A stretch of 64,000 nt of DNA from Lama guanicoe (Eukaryota): positions 3,364,283-3,428,282 of the forward strand of contig MU053561.1 in the NCBI GenBank assembly GCA_013239625.1, given 5' to 3'. The first letter of the stretch is position 1. The number at the start of each line of letters is the position of its first letter. The position numbers were made by a program, and so were the translations under genes. Below, in pieces: positions 12,521-24,924 of this stretch. A model generated the notes under the pieces. It was not told the DNA's origin, did no database searches, and worked only from the letters and a program-made list of their open reading frames with translations.

Positions 12521-15091
12521 AATTAATGTTTGGGTTTAGACGTCACGTATTTTAAAAATATAGTCTTTACTAAAAAGTAAGAGAGCAGTTTTAGGTTCAC
12601 AGCAGGATACTGAATGTTTTGACTTAGACTTTATTGTTTTGAGTAAATGAGCTGGAGATAATTTCCTGCTAGTCAAGATAACCTAGATATAAAAACATGT
12701 TCTAATTCCTCTTGTAGTTAAGCTTTTATCTCCCTAAGCAAACAATCAGTTAAGCCTCTTATAACCAAGCCTCTTACAGGTTTGCCTTTGAGTGGGTTTA
12801 AGAATATATGAGCCAATGAAAGGTAAGTTCTTACTTCACCTGCAGTCGCTTTGAGGGAGGAGCCTTTTTGGGAAGGAGGTGAAGACCTTACAGGAGAGGC
12901 TCAGCCTTAAAGTGAGGGGACCACGACTGGCACATCCTTCCTGGTGCTGTTTTACAGCCTAGACCAAAGCCTTGGCGAGGATCTGAGCACTCAAGCTTCA
13001 CCCGGAATGTTGCCTACCACCACACTGCCCTCAGCCACGTCTGTCCCAGTCCCAACATGTGGGAGAATTCTGCCCTTGGACCAGCAGTGGAAGACTAGTG
13101 GAAAAGGCAGCCAGTGCTACTTCTGTTTCTCAACAGATAACCCCCTTTTAAAATGCCCATTCTTGAGAATGCACAGTTTTATTCTGCCATGTGGGTGGGT
13201 TAGGGAAGACTGAAACAGAGGACCTTGAAGGGGTTGCCTTGAAATCCTCCAGATGATTTAAAAGCCACAGGAATACAAGTAAATCCTGGGCGGAATGCAG
13301 TTTTGAGAGCAGTCAAGGGCTGCGAGGCCTGTGGTGGCCCTATTCAAACTTGCCGAACACACCCGTGCTACTGAAAGCGTTTCCGTCCATCTTAATTGTG
13401 GGGCAGTGAACTCAATGGTTAAGAGTTTTGATATGAGACAGAAGAGGTTCCCTCCCAGCTCTGACTCTGCCTAGGGTGGCCTGTGGAAAGGCAGGTAAGA
13501 AGCAACCTAAATCCTGCAAATGTATTAAACTATCTTCAGAAAGTACGTGCCTTCAATCCAGGAGAACAGGGCTGTGTTTTTAGGGTGTGTGCGTTCACAC
13601 TGAGAATAATGAAACAGAAAAGAGAGGCCCCAGCATGAGACGTTGATAGATTCTTGGGCAGGTCAGGGAGAAGAGGTTATCGGAGAAGATAAGAAAACAG
13701 AGCAAATGCTAGCAATTTTGTAGAGGGAAAACTGGAATAAAATGTGAAGTCACTCATTCATAGGCTTAGTAAATATTTACTGAGCAACTACTACATACAA
13801 AGCACTGGGAGAGATAAGAAGGGCGCTGATTGCCCTTAAATAGCTTGCCTTTGAGCTGAAAGAGGAACACAGGGCTGGGAAATAGTTGAATGAGATGAGG
13901 CACAGGGAGGAGCGTGAAAGGAAAGTGCCCCATGCCCCAGGGACCTGCTCTCCCCTGTGCGGAAGGTCAGGGAGAAGGGCTGAAGCTCTTGAAGGACGCT
14001 AGCTCTGGGCGTGCAGTCTGCAAGAGTCTGCTACCTCCCAACCCCAGTGTGCTGCACTCGGTGTTGCGTGAGCGTCCAGCTCACCGTGTGTCGTTGGAAA
14101 TTTGAGAAAGAGGAGTTGAGAGTGTGGTCAAAGGGGGAGCCCCTGATCTCCTAGTCCGGGTGAGGTTCTGCTGCCCTGAGCCTGCAAAGAGCAACGCTCC
14201 TCCCCAGCGTTCCCCACATGGCACAATTCCCCGCACACCTGCAGGACTGTTTGACCAAGCCTGTCTCCCCCGCTGGACCACAAGCTCCACGAGAGCAGGA
14301 AGCATGTCTGCGTCTGTTCACCTTGTACCTCCAGGTGCACGGCACGGAGCAGGTGCCGGGGGCAGGCGACGGGCCCACGGGGATCTCGGTAAACACTGGC
14401 TGAGCGAGTGAGTGACTGCATTCGTGGCTGTATAACGTTGGGTCTGGGGCAGGGGGAGGCGGAGCAAGGGGAAACCCTAGCCTGATGATTGGCAACTGGG
14501 AAGTTGAGGTTTGCCGCCATGTTTCTGCCCAACATTTCCTGGTTTCCTCCTCTGCACAGAGTGTGTCTTAAGTGGCTGCACTTGGGCTCAAGGAGGGCCT
14601 GAGTGAGTCATACCATGAGGGGAAATGTGGATCCAGCTGAGGTTCCAGCAACTCACCAGACTATAGATTTCTCAGGGCAGAGACCATGTGCTGTAATTCA
14701 TTTCTGAACCTCAGCAGCATAGCGGGCACTTGTGTTGCTTTGCTGATGGTTGAGTGAAATAAAAGGAGGAGGGGAGGGGAGTGGGGTGGGGTGGAGAGAG
14801 AAGGAGAGACAGAAAGGAAAAAAGGGAAGAGGGGAACTGGAAGGGGAGAGGGAGGAGGCGGAGGACAGTGACCCTGGGCAGAGGTGCTGTGGACACCCAC
14901 AGCCGGGCAGGGCTGTGTACCTCCGTGAGGAGTGATCATTTGTGAGATGGCAAATGCAGACACCAGTGCCCCCTCCTATTTGTCACACACAGACCCCTGC
15001 TCCGAGGGGCTCTGGCCACCCTATGCAGGATGCAGAGGGACCCGGCCAGCCCCAGCTGCCCTGGCCGCCTGCACTGCGGCCACACACTCAC

Positions 15092-15286
15092 CTGCAGGTG
15101 GTGGGACGTGAGAACAGGCCTCTTCCCGGGACACCAGACGTCTTCCTTCATCTGTCGCAGGGCCTGAAAGCACTTCCTGCGGCAGCCCCCGTCCTCATCC
15201 AGCTGCTCCAGCAGCACCTGCTCGGCCCGCAGGAAGCTCAGCTGCCAGTGATAGTTTGAACAGGCCAACAAGCTAAACCCAAATGA
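15092..15286 (-). CDS. MAB21L3: MAB21L3 coding exon 5 ([10 protein letters not shown]...TSHHLQ, 65 aa)
   Basis: Acceptor TTTTTCTCTCCCCCCAG, donor CAG|GTGAGT at 15091; 195 nt; carries the Mab-21 motif WQLSF. Confidence 0.97.
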
Positions 15287-15519
15287 CTGGGGGGAGAGAA
15301 AAACAGTGGGAAATGAGAAGGATGATGCTGGCCGAGAAGAAAGCCATCTCCGAAGCAGTCCACTAGAGTCGGGGACCTGCCGCCGGGCGGGCAGCCCATC
15401 CCACACGGGGACACGGAGGGAGCCTCAGGGCCAGCCCCGGCACGTGGGCAATTAACTGGGGAGGCTGTGTCCACTTGCTCTTGGGCAGTGCTTCTTCCAC
15501 TTGAGCCTGCCCCTGAGTC

Positions 15520-15655
15520 CCCTGGAGGGCGTGTGAGAACACAGATTGCTGGGCCCTGCCCACCGAGTCTCATTCAGGAGGTCCGGAGCAGGGCCCGGGA
15601 ATCTGCATTTATAACAGGTTCTTGGGGGCCACTGCAGGTTCTGGGGGCCTAGTGA
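15520..15655. mobile_element. MER5A-like hAT-Charlie element in the intron between coding exons 4 and 5
   Basis: CAGATTGCTGGGCCC...GGGCCCGGGAATCTGCATTTATAACA. Confidence 0.7.
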
Positions 15656-15753
15656 AGTCCCAGTTTCCTTCTGGAGCTGGCTGGCAGCCAGCGGTGCCGT
15701 GGCTGTTTAGGCTGAGAGCGTCTCTGGTGGGCCGGGGCCCTGCATGCTGATAC

Positions 15754-15932
15754 CTTGATGCACTGCACTCTCTCTGGGGCAGGCCAGCGCTTCAGACACG
15801 AAGGCCACTGGGCTTTCTTGGACCAGGCGGTGGGGATCTCCACTGAGGGGGTCAGCTCTACTTCCACCTGACCTGAGGATGTTTCCACGGCAACGCGAAC
15901 CACAGTGCTGTCCGTCAGCATGCTGACCTTAC
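15754..15932 (-). CDS. MAB21L3: MAB21L3 coding exon 4 (GKVSML...RVQCIK)
   Basis: Acceptor CAG at 15933-15935, donor AAG|GTATCA at 15753; 179 nt restores phase 0. Confidence 0.95.
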
Positions 15933-16169
15933 CTGGTGGGAAATGACAGATGGACAGTGAGAAGACAAAGCTGGGCTCAGTCCCAGCCTTCAAAGAAGGA
16001 ATTTGGGAGCTGTGGCTCCAACCGGCTCGTTGTAACTGGTGGGGCAACTTTCACAATTTCAGTATCTCACCAAGGGCGGTGTGTTTATGTCAACACTAGA
16101 CAATTAGCGAAGTAAGTACTAATAGAAGCATTGCTGGAAAATCTCACTGTTGGTAGGGGTTTCTTTCTT

Positions 16170-16303
16170 TTTAAAAAAAATCATTATTATTTAAAAATGT
16201 ATTTTATTTTTTACTTTTTTCAGTGGAGGTACTGGGAATTGAACCCGGGACTTTAAGCATGCTAAGCATGCACTCTACCCCTGAGCTATACCCAACCCCA
16301 CCC
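16170..16303 (-). mobile_element. vic-1-like SINE
   Basis: tRNA-Ala-like head with B box GGTTCAATTCC and A-rich tail. Confidence 0.8.
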
Positions 16304-17169
16304 CAGTGGGGTTCTCTTTTTTCTTTCTTCAGTCTCCCCCAGCTCTTTAATGATACTTTTTAAAAAAAATTAATAGGTTCTTTTTAGAAGGCTCAACTCA
16401 AAAGAGACACAGAATACAAAGAAAAGGTACAGTTTTTGCTACTGGAAGTGAAATCCAAGAATTTTTCTCTAACCCTTCCATTCCACCCCGATGTATGACC
16501 CCCTTTAGGACGGCCTCGGACCCCTTACTTATTCGTCTGCCTTTGGTAGAGCTCGGCTTAACCTGTCTCTTATCCGAGTCACAGCCTCAGAGACGGTATT
16601 TGTTTCCACCATGCGTTAACCAGCCTCGCCTCCGATGTATTTATCATCATAAGCCTTGTAATCGTAAGACACTTCAAAGTGTGTCATAGCCGCTGGCTTA
16701 AAGGGTCAAGTGAGCAGAAGGAAGCCCTCCCTGTCTTTTCCAACCAGGCAAAGAGAGGGAGCGAAAATAAATGGATCTGGGAAAGTTTTCCAGCTCAGAT
16801 ATGAGAATTCATTTCTAATTTGTTCCCTCTTCTTTCAAAAGACACACAGCAATTTTTTGTTTGGTGGCCTTCATGACAGGTAAGGATGAGCTGCCTTGAA
16901 CTGGGATCTAGTCTTTTGCTCTTCCTGGCTCAGAGAAGGAAATGGAAGCTCGTTCATTGATTGTGTTAGGTTGTTCAAAAGGAAAACACTCCTTTCCTTG
17001 GCTGGGATGTGATAAAGAGCTGATTGTCTGCAACTCATCAGAGATGCCCAGACAGGAACATGACAACGTCTGGCGCTTCAGCATTATTTACTGAAAGCAC
17101 CTCGCCAACCTGGCTGGGTCTGAATCTCTTATTTGCACTTTCACTATTAACAGTGTTGCAAACTGCGGG

Positions 17170-17400
17170 GGTGAGCAAGTGTTGGAACCAGCTGCCTGGC
17201 CCACACCCTGCTTCTGCTGCTCTGCTCCCTCAGTTTGTGACCTTCAGCCTGTTACTCACTCTCCCTAAATCTCAGTTCTCTTACCTGTAGGACAGTTAGA
17301 AAAGTGATTCTTACTCTAATAGGGTTGCTGTGGGTATTGAATCAAATAATCTGTGTAAGCATTCTATATGTGGTAAAGAGCCATTAAACATGAGCTGTTT
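17170..17400. mobile_element. MIR SINE
   Basis: TGTGACCTT...CTCAGTTCTCTTACCTGTA...GGGTTGCTGTGGGTATTGAAT MIR core. Confidence 0.65.
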
Positions 17401-18945
17401 CCATTACGGAATTGTTGAGAACTATTCTGTCTAGACAAGAAAAAGTACACACAAGTCCTTTTCTTCCTATACAAATGGGATTGCATATTGTTCAGCAATT
17501 TTGTTTTTCACTTAATTATGTAGCTTGGGCATTTTTCACAACTCTGTATGTGTGTAATACACACCCCGGTTCTGTTTTTTTTTTAATTTAATTTAATTTA
17601 ATTTAATTTAATTTAATTTTTTGTTAAATTTTTTTAACCCTCATCACAATTTCATTTTATTTTATTTTTGGTGGAGAGCAGATAATTAGGTTTACTTATT
17701 CATTTTTAGAGGAGGGGAGGAGAGCATCATTTGAAACTAGAAACGAAGCAGGAACACCCATCCAGGCAAGTATTAAGTGGGAGAATTGCGAAAACACCCT
17801 GATGGCCTTCAGCCTCGGTGCTGACAGCTTCTGTGTATAGAAACTGCACAGAGAGGACAGGGGAGAGGGGTGCTGTGGGCCGAGCCTGGGGCTGCGCTCG
17901 GTGGTGAGTCAGAAGAGAAACCGCTCCTCACAAACCTGGAATCAGGAACAGCCATACCTTCAGAAAAATCATGAACTAAGAAAAACGGAATCTCTTGTGG
18001 GCTCTGGATAGTGGATCTAAATAAACATCAAAAACCAACCCCAAATGGAAAAAAACCAAGCTCTTTCTCTCCTCCCTGGAATTTCAAAGGCATTAGTCAC
18101 CCTCCCGTGTCTAAGGCTTAAATGATTACATTCTCAAATCATCTTGTTAAGATGCTACTTCTGAGAGGACCAGGAAAAATCCAACAGAAGTCTTCTTGGA
18201 GAAACGTACCCCAGATACACAGGCAGAAAAAAAACGGAATCTCTTAGTGGATCTAAAAAAACATCAAAAACCAACCCCAAATGGAAAAAAAACCAAGCTC
18301 TTTCTCTCCTCCCTGGAATTTCAAAGGCATTAGTCACCCTCCCGTGTCTAAGGCTTAAATGATTACATTCTCAAATCATCTTGTTAAGATGCTACTTCTG
18401 AGAGGACCAGGAAAAATCCAACAGAAGTCTTCTTGGAGAAACGTACCCCAGATACACAGGCAGGGTGTGTGGGTCTCCAATCTAGTATCGACACATCTCA
18501 TTCCTTTTAAAGGCTGCCTAATAGTCCACTAGGCAGAGGCAGCACAAGGTAAGAAGTCAGTTTCCCTTTGCCATTCGGCTGATTTCTACTTACTATCACA
18601 AAGCCTGACAGTGGGACACTATGACCCTGTGCATATTTCTTCGTGTATCCCTACGAATGTATTTCTAGAACTGAAATTGTTGAATTGCCAAGGACATCAC
18701 AAAGCAAAAATGGACTGACTGCCCTTTAAAGAGGAGGTACCAATGTACACTTCCAAGAACAATGCATGCAAATGCTGGTTTTTACCACACTCACCCCTGC
18801 ATGAACATGATTGCAAGATTTTCTTGAATTAGATGGGATTTTCACGATTTTTTATTAGCCATTTATATTCTTTTTCTGTGAGTCATCTTTTTTTTGTCAT
18901 TATTTCTATTGGTCTGCTTATAGCTTTCCTTATTGGTTTGGTTTA

Positions 18946-19122
18946 NNNNNNNNNNNNNNNNNNNNNNNNNNNNNNNNNNNNNNNNNNNNNNNNNNNNNNN
19001 NNNNNNNNNNNNNNNNNNNNNNNNNNNNNNNNNNNNNNNNNNNNNNNNNNNNNNNNNNNNNNNNNNNNNNNNNNNNNNNNNNNNNNNNNNNNNNNNNNNN
19101 NNNNNNNNNNNNNNNNNNNNNN
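18946..19122. other. Assembly gap (177 N)
   Basis: Run of n. Confidence 1.
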
Positions 19123-19573
19123 TATGGCTTCTTAGTGTTTTGGTTTAAGTCAGTGGTTTCCGAATGTGCTGTCTCAACACACTGGAATACTGCGGCCCGT
19201 GGGAGGGTTTTGTAGTGGAAATGTGCTAATAACAAAGATCTGATCTGAAGTTACTCACTCTCCCTAAATCTCAGTTCTCTTACCTGTAGGACAGTTAGAA
19301 AAGTGATTCTTACTCTAATAGGGTTGCTGTGGGTATTGAATCAAATAATCTGTGTAAGCATTCTATATGTGGTAAAGAGCCGTTAAACATGAGCTGTTTC
19401 CATTACGGAATTGTTGAGAACTATTCTGTCTAGACAAGAAAAAGTACACACAAGTCCTTTTCTTCCTATACAAATGGGATTGCATATTGTTCAGCAATTT
19501 TGTTTTTCACTTAATTATGTAGCTTGGGCATTTTTCACAACTCTGTATGTGTGTAATACACACCCCGGTTCTG

Positions 19574-19784
19574 TTTTTTTTTTAATTTAATTTAATTTAA
19601 TTTAATTTAATTTAATTTTTTGTTAAATTTTTTTAACCCTCATCACAATTTCATTTTATTTTATTTTTGGTGGAGAGCAGATAATTAGGTTTACTTATTC
19701 ATTTTTAGAGGAGGTACTGGGAATTGAACCCAGGACCCTGTGATGCTGAGCATACACTCTACCACTTGAGCTATACCCACCCCC
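19574..19784 (-). mobile_element. vic-1-like SINE with extended (AAATT)n tail (only the tail is present in duplicate copy A, about 17575-17715)
   Basis: tRNA-Ala-like head at 19710-19784; AAACCTAATTAT tail motif. Confidence 0.85.
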
Positions 19785-21649
19785 GCTCTGTGTTAGATCC
19801 TAATTTCTCTTTTACTTCAATTTACTCTATCCATGAGAAATACATGCAAGTGCAAAAGTAAACAAAATATTTTAAAAGGGAAATGAAAAGGACGGATTTC
19901 TGGTTAGAGTAATATATTGGAATGGAGAGCCCCAAATCCACTGCCTGTAAGACATACAAATTTAAAAACATTACTTCTTAAGTAGTGAAAGAGATTGCCA
20001 GAAAGCCAGAGCATCATTTGAAACTAGAAACGAAGCAGGAACACCCATCCAGGCAAGTATTAAGTGGGAGAATTGCGAAAACACCCTGATGGCCTTCAGC
20101 CTCGGTGCTGACAGCTTCTGTGTATAGAAACTGCACAGAGAGGACAGGGGAGAGGGGTGCTGTGGGCCGAGCCTGGGGCTGCGCTCGGTGGTGAGTCAGA
20201 AGAGAAACCGCTCCTCACAAACCTGGAATCAGGAACAGCCATACCTTCAGAAAAATCATGAACTAAGAAAAACGGAATCTCTTGTGGGCTCTAAAAAAAC
20301 GGAATCTCTTAGTGGATCTAAAAAAACATCAAAAACCAACCCCAAATGGAAAAAAAACCAAGCTCTTTCTCTCCTCCCTGGAATTTCAAAGGCATTAGTC
20401 ACCCTCCCGTGTCTAAGGCTTAAATGATTACATTCTCAAATCATCTTGTTAAGATGCTACTTCTGAGAGGACCAGGAAAAATCCAACAGAAGTCTTCTTG
20501 GAGAAACGTACCCCAGATACACAGGCAGGGTGTGTGGGTCTCCAATCTAGTATCGACACATCTCATTCCTTTTAAAGGCTGCCTAATAGTCCACTAGGCA
20601 GAGACAGCACAAGGCAAGAAGTCAGTTTCCCTTTGTTTGCCATTCGGCTAATTTCTCCTTACTATCACAAGGCCTGACAGTGGGACACTATGACCCTGTG
20701 CTTATTTCTTCGTGTATCCCTACGAATGTATTTCTAGAACTGAAATTGTTGAATTGCCAAGGACATCACAAAGCAAAAATGGACTGATTGCCCTTTAAAG
20801 AGGAGGTACCAGTGTACACTTCCAAGAACAATGCATGCAAATGCTGGTTTTTACCACACTCACCCCTGCATGAACATGATTGCAAGTTTTCATCTGTCAG
20901 TCTACTAGGTGTTTTAATGTAATTTTCTTGAAACGTGTTAGATGGGATTTTCACGATTTTTTATTAGCCATTTATATTCTTTTTCTGTGAGTCATCTTTT
21001 TTTTGTCATTATTTCTATTGGTCTGCTTATAGCTTTCCTTATTGGTTTATAAATACTCTTCTCATTAAGGAAATTAGCTATTTTTCACAGTTTGAAATTC
21101 ACCGTTTTACCCTGTATGAAAAAAATATGTGTGTGTGCGTGTGTGCACGTATGCTACTCTGTACTGTAGCTTAAGATTTGGGGGTTGTCAAACTTAATCA
21201 GTTCTTTATGGCTTCTGGATTTAGTGTTTTGGTTTAAGTCAGTGGTTTCCGAATGTGCTGTCTCAACACACTGGAATACTGCGGCCCGTGGGAGGGTTTT
21301 GTAGTGGAAATGTGCTAATAACAAAGATCTGAGGGTTATGAGTAATTTGCTTTTTCACAAAAGTACCCAAGCTAACATCTTGGAAAGGGTGCGGAACCCA
21401 GAGTCTGCCTTATCTATGCCAGGGCAGTGATCTGCTCAAGTCCGCGGATGTGTACTGTGAGGAGGAATTCCACTCTGTGTGTCACAGCAGAACAAAACAA
21501 AACAAAAAAAACAACCAGAGCTAATTGCTATTATGGGGATTGGACAGTTGACAAAAACACGTGAGTTTTCCCTCAGTTTCGGGGCACGGTAATTTGAGAG
21601 CAAACAGGCCATCCAGGCATTTCCCTTATGCTTTTCCTGATCAGCTCAC

Positions 21650-21941
21650 CTGACAAGGGACAGGTTTCTATGGCGTTTTCCACCAGTTTCCGGAACACCT
21701 GGAGGACCTTGGCGGGCACGATGTCTCCCTCGATGGTCACGTCGGCCTCATGCCACTGCCACAGGCTCTTGGCAAACTGCTCCACCTCCAGCCACTGCTG
21801 CAGGCGCTCCGGGTCCCGCAGGGGGCAGGGGAGCCGGGCGCCCCGCAGGGTGTAGTAGCGCCAGCGCTGCTGCCGGGCCTCCCGGTAGCCCGCCAGGCCT
21901 TTCACCGGGACGGTGACGAGGAACTGCGTGGGGGCCAAAAC
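21650..21941 (-). CDS. MAB21L3: MAB21L3 coding exon 3 (VLAPTQFL...TCPLS-G)
   Basis: Polypyrimidine tract plus CAG acceptor at 21942-21944, donor CAG|GTGAGC at 21649; 292 nt, ends in phase 1; CpG-rich. Confidence 0.96.
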
Positions 21942-22259
21942 CTGGGTCAGGGAAGGAGAGAGGAGGAGTGTGAGTTCACAGACTCGGGAGGTGACAGAAG
22001 TCCTCGGGGAGCCGCCCTGCTGAGCCAGGCCACGCAGTTACACGCTCAGCCCTCGGCAATGTGACCGGAGGGCAGGGCCACGCTGCGTGCTGTCAGAGGA
22101 TCCCGCCTCCGTCCTGCCACCGCCCCGCAGAAAGCTTCGGGCAAAGAAATGAACTCACTGAGTCCTTCGTTTCGTGGGTCTGCAAGGACAAAGAGTGAAC
22201 TGGACCTGGAACTCCAAAGGGCTCCTAGCGTTTACAGGGGAAGAGAGAGCAGGAAGGGG

Positions 22260-22460
22260 CCTGGCACTCATTGCATTCTGCACGTACTGAGCACTGCAGC
22301 TCCTCTGCATTAGCCCGTCTGATCTTCCCGGTCACAGGATGAGCTGGGCTTTGCTGACATTTCCCAGATGAGGAACCTGAGGCTCAGAGGGGCTTCGCGA
22401 TTTCCCCAGGGACACACAGCTGGTAAGTGGCAGAGCCGCAGCTTGAGCTGAGGTCTTCTG
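22260..22460. mobile_element. MIR SINE
   Basis: CAGATGAGGAACCTGAGGCTCAGAG...ACACAGCTGGTAAGTGGCAGAGC. Confidence 0.7.
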
Positions 22461-24589
22461 ATCGCTTGTTCAATGGTTAATTTTCTCTCAGCACCCAGTT
22501 CTTAGTCAAGTATAAATGACCCGGGATGGGTGAGATATCTGGTGTGAGTTAAGGGTGGGAAGCGTTGGGAGAGGAAGTGAGAGAATTCTGCAAAATGCCT
22601 CCCTATCTTTTTGCCTGGACTGATGACTCACAGACAGTATTAATGACTAACCCTCGCAGAATCACAGGTGAAATAAAAGCCTGTTTGTTAAGACAGTGTG
22701 AGCTACTGGGATGATTCCAAGTTTAATGGAAAAACACGAACAGAGTCTACCTACTCTGTCTCTACAGGAACTGAGTAAGTAGTGGTCAGGCCGATAGTCC
22801 AAGGCATAGGACAAACTGGTCAACAGATGGTACCACCAAAGAGAAATGACCTTTAACCACATCACACGGCAGCCTAGTCCACCCTGCGTGTTCCCCTATC
22901 ACTTGGCTACACACTGGAGATACCTCCCTTCCATGGAAAGTTCTGACGATGGAATTTGGATAACCTTTACCCAGGGTCCAGTCAGTGGCCAGTTCAGGGG
23001 TAAACACCCAAATCAGCAACAGCTGATTCTGCCTCGTTGTCAGGGAACAGGAGTTTGATGCTTTAGATGGTGAGCCTATGTGACTTCTGGTGTCCATGGA
23101 CATACAGTGGGATTAAATAAAAAGGCTATACATTATTTTAAAATTATTAAAAAATAAAAATCTACACATTGTTTGAACCCACTTCCATGTGAATTCAAGA
23201 ACACAGCTATCATGTTATTAGTCTCATAAATGATGCTAAATAAATAATTTCTGAGTTTGGTCCAAGAGAAAATTAAAAAGGCATTTTTTATATACCCCGC
23301 TATAACTATTTTCAAAACTTATATCATATGCAGAACACGATTGTCTATAAACACAAGATCTTTTAAGCTGTGAATTCTAAGTGAGACTACAGAAGGAAAT
23401 TTCCTCAGATACAGTCCTAGGAAAAGTGATGTTATGTTTCTGCTCCCAGTTACTGGCCTATATTTGTCTTATTTAGGTCGGTGGGGTGGTAGAGGTGGGC
23501 AGATAACGTTCTGACATTCCAGGATCCAACTTGGTTTTACAATTTCATCCCAGGGTAAATTTCCTAAAATCTGGTAACTGTCCCCAAATCCACAAGTCCC
23601 GGAACCTTGTGGGTGGCCCCTGTGCTCTCCAGGCTTGAAACGTACTGGACTAGCAGTGATCTTTTGTTCAGGTACTAATTCTCTTGCTTACTTATTCATT
23701 CAGCAGAAACGGAGTGTCTACCATGGGCCACACACCATGCTGAGTGCTAAGAATGGAACAGTCAATAAACATAACTCTTACAAGGAAGGCCCTCACGGTC
23801 TTGTGTGAGAGCTGGGGCATGAGTACATAGAAGTTTAACACGAGCGAAAAACGTTCTCATGCATCATAGGAAAAATTGAGGTAAAGGAGCGTAGGGATTC
23901 AGAACGGTTCAGGGCCACACTTCTCTCGTCTCTAAGAGGATGCAGACCATCATGTCTGTTCTACTAGGGCGTGTGCGGGTTTGAGTGAGATCATTTCTGG
24001 GAGAACGGCTTGACCCACACTGCACTGCTGCACGAGGGCCGGTCCTCACACACGGCCCTGGGGGCTCACAGCTCGGTGGGACTCCAGCAGGGACAGGGTG
24101 GCCAGGCTGCTTGCGCAGTTCCTAAGGACCGCCTCTTTCACTTTCTTCCTCCCCTACCCGCAACCCACAGACTATCACTTTCAACGATTTTCTCACCCAC
24201 GTTGAGATCCTTCTATCCCGTCCCCAGTCCATTAAGTGAGTGCTTGATGAATGAATGTGTGTCCAACTGAACTTTAATCAGTACAGTGGAAATGTGCTTT
24301 GGAATCAGAAGCCCCAGGAGTTCTGGCCCGAGTGCCCAATATGACTTGATGAAGTTACTTGACTTTGCTGGGCTTCAATTTTTATCATCTATAAAGAAGG
24401 AATGTGGGGCCTCAACTGCGTTAACACCTCAGAAATGAGTGTGTAAAATGGTCAATAATAAGAATGCCTGCGGGAATGTGAGGTCTTATAAGTCCTCTCA
24501 GTGGTGTGAGCGCCCGTCCCATACTGAGACCACCCACCCAAGTTTCCTGGCTCCCTGGATAAGCACTTAAGAGACCAGGGACCACTTAC

Positions 24590-24730
24590 CTTAATGTTCT
24601 CATTGTATGTGTCAGAGTAAGGAATGGCTTGAAATCGAATGTCTTGGCGGCTGATTTCTGTGGTCAGATGATGGACAACTTTCTGCATCTCCTCCACCAT
24701 CTGGGAAATCCACTGGCGCCTCAAGTCTAC
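24590..24730 (-). CDS. MAB21L3: MAB21L3 coding exon 2 (VDLRRQW...YNENIK, 47 aa)
   Basis: Acceptor CAG at 24731-24733, donor AAG|GTAAGT at 24589; 141 nt; overlaps ORF 24452..24724. Confidence 0.96.
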
Positions 24731-24924
24731 CTGGGTGTGAAAGGATGAGCAAAGGCGGTTAGTCCTGGTTCAGGCCCCGAGGAAGCGACGAGACAGGGCA
24801 CAGTGGTGGTGCCCAAAGGCGTCAGCTCAGAAAATCCTGCCCTCCCAAGAACTCCAGGGGAGATGAACTGAGGTCTGATGACACTCGTTGGTGCATCAAC
24901 GTTCCCTTCTGAGAGAGAAGCATC

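Larger units (their letters stand above)
17251..21332. repeat. ~2 kb tandem duplication (copy A 17251-19243, copy B 19250-21332), probably a false duplication
   Basis: Both copies start GTTACTCACTCTCCCTAAATC and end AACAAAGATCTGA and are near identical. Copy A holds the N gap, deletions and an internal ~240-bp duplication. Confidence 0.92.

Noticed and set aside
17981..18463. ~240-bp direct repeat that might suggest LTRs or an array
   Set aside because: Present once in copy B, no spacers or TG...CA ends, and lies in the patched sequence next to the gap.
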